Shown here: positions 8,161 through 14,838 of the stretch, piece after piece
How positions within the stretch are numbered: the stretch's first letter is position 1
How the letters are laid out: every line of letters starts with the position of its first letter
DNA from: a virus
Taxonomy: Duplodnaviria > Caudoviricetes
Strand: one strand, 5' to 3'
Length of the DNA stretch: 27,298 nt
IMG/VR virus record: IMGVR_UViG_3300030098_001574
Span: 1 to 27,298 of that record
Program-made: the position numbers and the translations under genes
The notes under the pieces: model-generated
Told to the model about the DNA's origin: nothing
Database searches by the model: none
Seen by the model: only the letters and a program-made list of their open reading frames with translations

Positions 8161-8652
8161 TTATCCTATTTTAAAACCTTGATCTGATTCCTCACAGAAG
8201 TCAGAAAATTCTTTTAACAATTCTAGATCCATTGGATAACTTGCATCAGAATCATATTTTATTTTATGATACATTACCTCCCATATTTCTTTTTCTGGAG
8301 GAGACAAGTCATTACCACAACTTGCACCTTGTTCTGTTGTCCAAGCATCTAATGCTTTCATTAATATTTCTTCTGCTTTAACTTCTTTATTTCTATTTGT
8401 TTCATAGACATCGCACATCTCTTTCAATGTACCATCATCTAATAATGATTGTAATCTGGTAGCTAACATAATACTTTTAGCTCCATCAATCTTTACAAAA
8501 TCATTGTAATTACCACGCTTGATTTCTTCAGCATCAAGTATGTCATCACAAAATTGAGTAACTAGTTTCCAGATAGGTCTCCAACCCCAGACATTAGATC
8601 TGAAGTATGTCTCACCTTTCTGTTTATTTAGTCCATATAAATCGAATCCCAT
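8161..8652 (-). CDS. Conserved phage hypothetical protein
   Basis: Start MGFDLYG at 8652 (GGAGGT SD); YFRSNVWGWRPIW and C-terminal EFSDFCEES..GFKIG. Confidence 0.8.
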   Translation of the reverse strand: MGFDLYGLNKQKGETYFRSNVWGWRPIWKLVTQFCDDILDAEEIKRGNYNDFVKIDGAKSIMLATRLQSLLDDGTLKEMCDVYETNRNKEVKAEEILMKALDAWTTEQGASCGNDLSPPEKEIWEVMYHKIKYDSDASYPMDLELLKEFSDFCEESDQGFKIG

Positions 8653-8752
8653 ATTACCTCCTTTAGAATCCATTGTACCACCAGTCTCTATGAGACCAGA
8701 GGAAGTTATTAATTAAGTAGGCTAGTTGTTGCCATAAGTTTCTACTATAGTT

Positions 8753-8938
8753 TCAGCCAGGCAACAGACTGAATATTGTAAATGCAAATACTCCAAGTCC
8801 TATAAGTCCCCATGGTAATCGTTTATTATTGTTTGCTTCTTTGTGTCGTAACTTAAAGATTACTTCTTCTTGGTCTTTAATTTGTTTGTCACGCCACCTG
8901 ATTTCTTGTTTCCATAATTGTTTTTCTTCTTGATCCAT
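8753..8938 (-). CDS. Small coiled-coil protein with C-terminal TM helix
   Basis: LPWGLIGLGVFAFTIFSLL; AAGGAG SD. Confidence 0.7.
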   Translation of the reverse strand: MDQEEKQLWKQEIRWRDKQIKDQEEVIFKLRHKEANNNKRLPWGLIGLGVFAFTIFSLLPG

Positions 8939-9165
8939 TACTGTATCTCCTTCGTGATTACATTTGTAAACATTCTTTCATCTTGTAATTCAAACTGAAA
9001 CACCAATCTTAATTCTTCTTTTGTAAAGTATTTATTTACAACCGGTATCTCAATTAACCAGTCTATCTCATCTTCTACATCAACAGCTGGTTCTGTATTC
9101 TTTACACGTTGTATTGATTCAGCTATCATTAGTTCAGCATCATCATAATTCAAACTGCTTATCAT
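8938..9165 (-). CDS. Hypothetical acidic protein
   Basis: 75 aa, coupled to neighbours. Confidence 0.7.
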   Translation of the reverse strand: MISSLNYDDAELMIAESIQRVKNTEPAVDVEDEIDWLIEIPVVNKYFTKEELRLVFQFELQDERMFTNVITKEIQ

Positions 9166-9320
9166 TGTTTATCCTTAAACTGTGATTCAAACATTTCAAA
9201 CTCTGATTGATAATCTTGTACTATCAAGTTGATTTTTGCTAGTGCAGCTGTGTATGTAATTTCTTGATCATAGTACCTATCAACAATCAAAGATATCTCA
9301 TCCATCCATTCATTTGGCAT
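9162..9320 (-). CDS. Small acidic protein (52 aa), not in track
   Basis: MPNEWMDEISLIVDRYYDQEITYTAALAKINLIVQDYQSEFEMFESQFKDKQ*; GAGGA SD; ATGA coupling. Confidence 0.65.
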   Translation of the reverse strand: MPNEWMDEISLIVDRYYDQEITYTAALAKINLIVQDYQSEFEMFESQFKDKQ

Positions 9321-9486
9321 TCTCTAGTTCCTCTCTATTTGTTATTGCTTGGTTTCTTAACCTATCAGTATGACCCCAATAACATATGATACATAAGTTA
9401 TTACCATCTTTCTTGATAGGATCCATTATGAAACCAAAGTGTTTAGCTTCTGTCTCCCAGTTGCAATGTCTGCATTTAAGTGTCAT
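9310..9486 (-). CDS. Small Zn-finger protein (58 aa), not in track
   Basis: MTLKCRHC...LCIICYWGH...; AGAAAGGAT SD. Confidence 0.65.
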   Translation of the reverse strand: MTLKCRHCNWETEAKHFGFIMDPIKKDGNNLCIICYWGHTDRLRNQAITNREELENAK

Positions 9487-9498
9487 GACTTATCCTTT

Positions 9499-9726
9499 CT
9501 AGTTTACACTAATAGTATATCTATTAGCCATTGGTTGAGTACCAAACTGTTTGAGCCACCAGTCTATCCACATATCTTCAAGCTGATCTCTCATCATTCT
9601 TGCTTTTTCAAGATCATATGTTTGAGCTACAGGATTCCTGTTACCCTCACATAAGATATAATATACTGGATCTTTCATCCACTTGGTTTGTTTCTTATCA
9701 ACCTTTAACTCAGTTACCTTATTCAT
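9499..9726 (-). CDS. Hypothetical protein
   Basis: 75 aa; overlaps the upstream stop. Confidence 0.65.
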   Translation of the reverse strand: MNKVTELKVDKKQTKWMKDPVYYILCEGNRNPVAQTYDLEKARMMRDQLEDMWIDWWLKQFGTQPMANRYTISVN

Positions 9727-9919
9727 CTGTAAACTTTCTGTGTTGATTTATTAAATTGTCTAATGCTAATTTAACAAGTTCACTTTTTTTACAGTTAAGT
9801 TCTCTTGCTATCTCTACTAACTTAGCATTCGTTTGTTTAGTTATACCTATCGAATGCCAGTTAGATACTGGTTTTTTTTCGATATTACTATCTATTAATT
9901 TTTCAAAGTCTATCTTCAT
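9719..9919 (-). CDS. Ribbon-helix-helix (CopG/Arc-like) DNA-binding protein
   Basis: HSIGITKQTNAKLVEIARELNCKKSELVKLALDNL. Confidence 0.7.
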   Translation of the reverse strand: MKIDFEKLIDSNIEKKPVSNWHSIGITKQTNAKLVEIARELNCKKSELVKLALDNLINQHRKFTDE

Positions 9920-9922
9920 CGC

Positions 9923-10150
9923 TCACTCCATGTTTTCGTTCGCTCTACCATAATGTCCTAATAGTAGTTTAGCTTTGTTAATAAATTGATTTGCAGTTTT
10001 ACTATCACCAATGTCTATCATATGCTGCGCATCAGATAGTATTGCCATGATATATAGATAGCGAAACTTACCATACATTTCTCCAGCTTCAGCATATGCT
10101 CTGTAGATTTGTTGTTTAGTTTCACCATACATTTCTTTTTGTGAAGTCAT
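9923..10150 (-). CDS. Hypothetical protein
   Basis: 75 aa with GAAAGGA SD. Confidence 0.75.
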   Translation of the reverse strand: MTSQKEMYGETKQQIYRAYAEAGEMYGKFRYLYIMAILSDAQHMIDIGDSKTANQFINKAKLLLGHYGRANENME

Positions 10151-10171
10151 ATTATTCCTTTCATTAATTAA

Positions 10172-10219
10172 GTATGGGTAGGATTTAAACCTTCTTCTAT
10201 TTCCAGTATCCTACCCACA
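10172..10219 (-). other. Intergenic stem-loop (possible processing or stability element)
   Basis: TGGGTAGGAT/ATCCTACCCA perfect 10-bp stem with a 23-nt loop; flanking pair is G-U on the minus strand. Confidence 0.65.
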
Positions 10220-10224
10220 CCTAT

Positions 10225-10482
10225 TTATTTTATGGTTTCAGAAGTTAATGTCACGCTTCCTTGATGGAAGTTTTCATTAACTGTAGACCATATAGCTACA
10301 TCCAACACTCTACCTTCACTATCAGTTATATATCCTGATAGCATTGGAGCGTTTTCATTTTCAGATTGTACTGACCAAAGAACTATCTTGTTCTCCTCTG
10401 TCGGTACATACTGATTAGTCGTTTGCTCTGCATAAGCACAACTGCCTATCAACATTGCAAACATAACAACTATAGTCTTCAT
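10225..10482 (-). CDS. Signal-peptide protein with a DUF736-like mature region
   Basis: MKTIVVMFAMLIGSCAYA|EQ; NENAPMLSGYI...LDVAIWS. Confidence 0.7.
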   Translation of the reverse strand: MKTIVVMFAMLIGSCAYAEQTTNQYVPTEENKIVLWSVQSENENAPMLSGYITDSEGRVLDVAIWSTVNENFHQGSVTLTSETIK

Positions 10483-10504
10483 AGATCTATCCTTTCTGTT
10501 GTTG

Positions 10505-10657
10505 TTAATCTTTTACAATCTTAGTGTGTATCTCATCAATCTGTAATCTTAACACATCTATCTCAGATGCACACCAATTAGATTCACTAAACTCATATTG
10601 TATATACAAGTTAACTAGCATTGTTATTGCTATTACTACGAGAATCAAATGATTCAT
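10505..10657 (-). CDS. Small membrane-anchored protein (50 aa), not in track
   Basis: MNHLILVVIAITMLVNLYIQYEFSESNWCASEIDVLRLQIDEIHTKIVKD*. Confidence 0.6.
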   Translation of the reverse strand: MNHLILVVIAITMLVNLYIQYEFSESNWCASEIDVLRLQIDEIHTKIVKD

Positions 10658-10994
10658 AAATCTTATCATAATCATATCCCATTATTGCTTCACAAAAGAA
10701 TAGATTTGCTTTGTCTGTATCGTCATCAACAATACAATCCCATGTGAAGATTTCCTTTCTATCATGTAAAAGAATGTAAGAGTCATCAAACTCCCAGACT
10801 TCCCAACCATTCTCTTGGATTATTAATTGTTCCATTCCTATTGTATTACATAGCACTGCTTGATCTGGATCCACTATGTTATCGCAGTTGTATCCTATCC
10901 AACCTGGACCAGCATAATGTTCTGACTCTGCGTATGCTATCTTCTCCAATCCCATTAGCATTAGTATTGAAGTTATTATTATCATTGCTTTCAT
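10611..10994 (-). CDS. Exported acidic Cys-containing protein
   Basis: Signal-like N-terminus ending IAYA|ES; four Cys; D/E-rich. Confidence 0.7.
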   Translation of the reverse strand: MKAMIIITSILMLMGLEKIAYAESEHYAGPGWIGYNCDNIVDPDQAVLCNTIGMEQLIIQENGWEVWEFDDSYILLHDRKEIFTWDCIVDDDTDKANLFFCEAIMGYDYDKIYESFDSRSNSNNNAS

Positions 10995-11008
10995 ATGTTT
11001 CCTTTCTG

Positions 11009-11350
11009 TTAGTAATGACAGTTAGACCAATCAGGTACACACTTACTATTTAGTTTATATAAGTTACAATCAACAAAGCCATTGTTCATAGTACCAACTA
11101 ATGTTGTTATAATACCATGATCTACTAAGGCTTGTTCAATACCTTCATTCTCTGACCAATTCTTTACTGCCATTAAAGGTATTGTTGGATCTATATCTAC
11201 ATTGGCTGATGCTTCCATATATGCCAAACCTTCATCATCATACAATCGTAATGATATAAGATTTGTATCTTTATATCTACCAAATTCACAATGTAATCTT
11301 TCTCCTTGAAACATTATATCATGTTCCATATATTCTATTTGTGCTTTCAT
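11009..11350 (-). CDS. DUF4313-like protein
   Basis: GRY..TNLISLRL....AYMEASAN...VKNWSENEGIEQALVDHGII....NGFV pattern; AAGGAGG SD. Confidence 0.65.
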   Translation of the reverse strand: MKAQIEYMEHDIMFQGERLHCEFGRYKDTNLISLRLYDDEGLAYMEASANVDIDPTIPLMAVKNWSENEGIEQALVDHGIITTLVGTMNNGFVDCNLYKLNSKCVPDWSNCHY

Positions 11351-11386
11351 ATATCCTCCTTATTCTGCACTCTATCTTTTACCCCC

Positions 11387-11409
11387 TCGGCGAGGCGAAG
11401 CCGAGCCGA
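11387..11409 (+). other. GC-rich hairpin with GAA triloop and tandem G-A mismatch
   Basis: CGGC-GA-GGC-GAA-GCC-GA-GCCG (11388-11408). Confidence 0.65.
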
Positions 11410-11450
11410 ATTTTGTTCTGGGTTTGTTCTGTTTTTATTTTCGCATATAG

Positions 11451-11485
11451 AAAAAAACCCCCAAGTCCAGAAGGACTCAGGGGTT
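11451..11485 (-). terminator. Rho-independent terminator
   Basis: Minus strand AACCCCTGAGTCC-TTCT-GGACTTGGGGG followed by seven T, 13 nt after the stop at 11499. Confidence 0.9.
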
Positions 11486-11498
11486 AATTTATGTTTTG

Positions 11499-11993
11499 TT
11501 ATTTATCTAAAGAGATTGGTTTCAAACCTTGAGCTTGACGAAGTTTATTGAACTCTTCAACAGAAAGCTCACGCTTAGCTGAATTGTCCAAATCTTTCCA
11601 ATCAATTCGATAACCTGAAGCTGTAATGCAAGTAGGAAATGCATTAGCATAAGCTTCAAGAGTCTCAGCAATTACTGTGAATTTAGCTTCATTCTCAGTG
11701 TGCCAAGTCGCAGAACCAGATTTCTTATAGTTCTCGATAGCCAACTTCTGAGACTCATGTGCCTTTTGTTTATAAGAATCAATCTTAGAATCCAAGGTTC
11801 TCACCACAGCAGTAGTAATGTTGTTAGCAAGATATACCCATTCAGATAAATCTTCCTTACAAGACTTACTTTTCAATGCCTTCTTAAAGGATTCCTCAAT
11901 TTTATCTAATGCATCAATTAAGAGTTGAGAGTTAGAAACAATCTCAATTTCTAAGTCTGATACAGATAGTTTATTGTTATTTTTATTACTCAT
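11499..11993 (-). CDS. First gene of the minus-strand block, hypothetical helical protein
   Basis: Start MSNKN at 11993 with GAAAGGA SD; has its own terminator. Confidence 0.8.
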   Translation of the reverse strand: MSNKNNNKLSVSDLEIEIVSNSQLLIDALDKIEESFKKALKSKSCKEDLSEWVYLANNITTAVVRTLDSKIDSYKQKAHESQKLAIENYKKSGSATWHTENEAKFTVIAETLEAYANAFPTCITASGYRIDWKDLDNSAKRELSVEEFNKLRQAQGLKPISLDK

Positions 11994-12028
11994 GATTAAT
12001 TTTCCTTTCAATGAGTTGATTTAAGAAA

Positions 12029-12850
12029 TACGATAAATTGTAATAATTAAATATAATAATTAAAAAATATCGTAACCATTTCAAAGTACACACCTCAGCG
12101 TTTGCGTAGGGAATCTTTTAGGATTAGCTCACATCAAGTAAAAAGAAATGTGAGTAATCCGTATGAATCGTTTACGATTCGTTAAAGATGACTGAAGCAA
12201 ACCAGTCACACAGTCCTGCTTAGACTGTGGGAACTCGAAGGGTCGAAAAAATCGAGGCACTTGTGCCGAGAAAAGAGATGCAATCCTTGCGAGGTGATGT
12301 ACAATGGTTATCGATATAAGCCCCACGCAGTGGCTTCGAACACCCATGAGGGGTCGTTGCACTTCATATCGCATGTACGATGGGGCAAGTTGTCTGCACC
12401 TTTAGGTGCGACCACTTGATACCATTGTGCGAGACTGAAGTTTTCGCAACGACTGTGATGCAGAAAGTATGATAGGAACATCACTGTCGATTATTGGGCC
12501 TTTCAAATCACCATAAAGAATGGGTGCGACAGCACCTCCGTAAGGAAAGATGCCAACCAACCTATTGAATATATATTGTTACGATTAAGAAGACGGAGTA
12601 GGTTAAGAACAAGTGAAGCATTCGTCACGCTTAGTCGAATGCGTAACGGTACACGAAGTGTATGTTCGTACATACGTAGTCGTAAAGTCGCCGATAGGCG
12701 TTCGTCCCACTACGTGGGAGAGAAGAGAAGAAGAGAAAAGAGAACGAAAACAAGAGAGTAATTCAAGACGGAAGGGGGTGCATGGGGGATTCCCCCTGCT
12801 AGGTCTGGGCAAAGCCCAGCCGACTGCAGTTCGGAGACTGCCTTGAAGTG
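12029..12850 (+). other. Large non-coding multi-hairpin element (structured ssDNA or ncRNA)
   Basis: GC-enriched, no credible ORF, more than 15 stems including long-range pairing of 12067-12096 with 12291-12317. Confidence 0.75.
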
Positions 12851-12874
12851 AGGAACACGTATGGTTGCTGCGAA

Positions 12875-13010
12875 GGGGGGTTTTTAGAAAACGATAGGGT
12901 GATAACAAAATGTATGGGGTCTAAGAGACAAGGGGGGGTTTGTTAAAACAAAGTCGTACTTGACACATATACACTAATGAGAATATATTGAAACGGTGGG
13001 GGGTTTGTTA
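12875..13010 (+). repeat. Three GGGGGGTTT(G)TTA direct repeats
   Basis: 12875-12886, 12933-12945 and 12998-13010; the last two are identical 13-mers. Confidence 0.7.
12960..12989 (+). promoter_or_regulatory. Sigma70-like promoter of the packaging/structural operon
   Basis: TTGACA(12960-12965)-18 nt-TATATT(12984-12989). Confidence 0.6.
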
Positions 13011-13035
13011 CGATCCTTTCTGTACCTCCCACGTT
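12992..13035 (+). other. Leader stem-loop with anti-SD loop
   Basis: GTGGGGGGT/ACCTCCCAC stem (one G-U); loop TTGTTACGATCCTTTCTGT. Confidence 0.65.
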
Positions 13036-13151
13036 AATCTATCATATTTACAAATTCTGAAGGGTTTGGTGTTTTAGAGTACCCTACCATTCAAATATCA
13101 ATCAACTAGCCTAAATCGAGAGATATGGGCATTTAACAAGGAGAATAAACT

Positions 13152-13253
13152 ATGCCAATGGTAAAAGGTAAGAAGTATCCATATACAAAAAAAGGTATGG
13201 CTGCTGCAAAGAAAGCTAAGAAGAAAATGAAAAGTAAAAAGGGTATGAAGTAG
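13152..13253 (+). CDS. Lys-rich micro-protein (33 aa), not in track
   Basis: AAGGAG SD; MPMVKGKKYPYTKKGMAAAKKAKKKMKSKKGMK*. Confidence 0.75.
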   Translation: MPMVKGKKYPYTKKGMAAAKKAKKKMKSKKGMK

Positions 13254-13393
13254 TGGCATCGCCAAAACCTAAGAATAAAGCCCTATACGCTAGAGTAAAG
13301 GCAGAAGCAAAGAAGAAGTTCAAGGTATATCCTAGTGCTTATGCTAACGCATGGCTTGTCAAAACGTACAAGAAACGTGGTGGCAAGTACTAA
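13253..13393 (+). CDS. Basic protein, DUF5872-like N-terminal half (46 aa), not in track
   Basis: GTG start; PKNKALYARVKAEAKKKFKVYPSAYANAWLVKTYKKRGGKY*. Confidence 0.75.
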   Translation: MASPKPKNKALYARVKAEAKKKFKVYPSAYANAWLVKTYKKRGGKY

Positions 13394-13629
13394 TGGCATA
13401 CAAGGGTGGACTACGCAAGTGGTTCAAAGAGGATTGGCGTGACGTCAAGACTGGAAAAAAATGTGGTCGCAGCGGAAAGAAAGACAAGGGCAGACCTTAT
13501 CCTGCATGTCGACCAAAGAAAGTAGCTAGTCGTATATCGAAGAGCGAAGCATCAAAGAAGACTGGACCCAAAAGAGTTAAGTGGTCTGTCACAGCATCTG
13601 GTAAAAGGAGAAAGAAATCAAATGGCTAA
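13393..13629 (+). CDS. Basic protein, DUF5872-like C-terminal half
   Basis: Start MAYKGGLRKWFKEDW at 13393 (TAATG); CGRS...YPACRP. Confidence 0.75.
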   Translation: MAYKGGLRKWFKEDWRDVKTGKKCGRSGKKDKGRPYPACRPKKVASRISKSEASKKTGPKRVKWSVTASGKRRKKSNG

Positions 13630-13888
13630 GTCACCTGCATGGCAAAGAAAAGAAGGTAAGAACCCAAGTGGGGGTTTGAATGCTAAAGGTCGTGCTAGTT
13701 ATAACAGAGGAAGAACTAAGACAGGGAAGAAGCGTAACCTGAAAGCACCAAGCAAAAAGGTAGGCAACCCAAGACGAGCATCCTTCTGCGCCAGAATGAA
13801 AGGAATGAAAAAGAAACTAACGAGTGCAAAGACAGCTCGTGATCCAAACTCTCGTATTAATAAATCATTGAGAGCATGGAATTGTTAA
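13622..13888 (+). CDS. Basic phage protein (DUF6321-like)
   Basis: AWQRKEGKNPSGGLNAKGRASY...RRASFCARM...SRINKSLRAWNC. Confidence 0.75.
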   Translation: MAKSPAWQRKEGKNPSGGLNAKGRASYNRGRTKTGKKRNLKAPSKKVGNPRRASFCARMKGMKKKLTSAKTARDPNSRINKSLRAWNC

Positions 13889-13897
13889 GGAGATATT

Positions 13898-14557
13898 ATG
13901 GTTAAATATAACAAAGATTTTCAAGATGTACCGTCAGCATTGACGTTCTTAACGTCAGACGGTGTAACAGGAGCAAACATACTCAACGGTAAGATTAATG
14001 CATCTGGATCTAAATTTGATAAGATGGATGCAACAGAAAGCAATCTAATGAAAGCTATGGACACTACAGGGTATGATCTGCCTAAGACAAACATTAATGA
14101 TTATAAAAAGGTAGCATCTAATGAGCCATCATGGTCAGATTATTTATTAGGTAGGTTTGGATTTAGACAAGGTACTGGTTTTTCTACTATGGATAGATAT
14201 AGATCTCTTTATGAAAGAAGAAACTCTTTGAAAGGAAAAGAAAAAGAAGAATTTATTAAATTAGATAATTTGTTAAAAACTAGTAGTGGTCCTAAAATTA
14301 GAAACAAGAAAACACAGGAACAACCGAACTATGGAGATATGATTCCTAGAATACCAGAAGGTTATAAAGAACCTACTCCTATGAAAAAAGAAAATATTCC
14401 ATTTAATCCAATCTTTAGACCAGGCATGGATCCAATGGGTTTACCTAATAGAAGACCTAACATGATGCCAAACAATATGGTACAGAATAGAGGCAACAAT
14501 AAAACACTTGTAAAACTTGCTACAGTAAATAGATTATTTCCAGGATTAATATCATGA
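13898..14557 (+). CDS. Hypothetical protein with Pro/Met/Asn-rich C-terminus
   Basis: 219 aa with AAGGAG SD. Confidence 0.8.
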   Translation: MVKYNKDFQDVPSALTFLTSDGVTGANILNGKINASGSKFDKMDATESNLMKAMDTTGYDLPKTNINDYKKVASNEPSWSDYLLGRFGFRQGTGFSTMDRYRSLYERRNSLKGKEKEEFIKLDNLLKTSSGPKIRNKKTQEQPNYGDMIPRIPEGYKEPTPMKKENIPFNPIFRPGMDPMGLPNRRPNMMPNNMVQNRGNNKTLVKLATVNRLFPGLIS

Positions 14558-14838
14558 GTCATGGAGGAAAAAGAAAAGGTGCAGGAAGACCAAAAGGAAT
14601 TCAAGCAGGTACAAAAGCAGAACGCTTAGCTGCTGAACTAGGTAAAGGTCAGACCACACCATTGAAGTATATGTTGAATATGTTGAACAACCCACAAGTA
14701 TCTATTGAAAAAAAGATGTGGGCAGCAAAAGAAGCTGCACCGTTTGTTCATTCTAAACTTGCATCAATTAATAAAACTATTATGGGTGATGAAGATAAAC
14801 CAGTTGCAGTAACCATAGGATGGCGTAAAAAGAAATAA
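14554..14838 (+). CDS. terS: Putative terminase small subunit
   Basis: GGKRKGAGRPKG N-terminus, AAKEAAPFVHSKL; directly upstream of TerL. Confidence 0.65.
   Translation: MSHGGKRKGAGRPKGIQAGTKAERLAAELGKGQTTPLKYMLNMLNNPQVSIEKKMWAAKEAAPFVHSKLASINKTIMGDEDKPVAVTIGWRKKK

Noticed and set aside
12829-12840. GTTCGGAGACTG resembles the group I intron R element
   Set aside because: No matching downstream S element to form P7, no interrupted gene, and the segment has a local hairpin partner.
12129-12908. Track ORFs 12129-12374(-), 12576-12761(+), 12603-12908(-) and 12613-12846(+)
   Set aside because: No SD, atypical composition and mutual overlap; better explained as chance ORFs in a GC-rich structured region.
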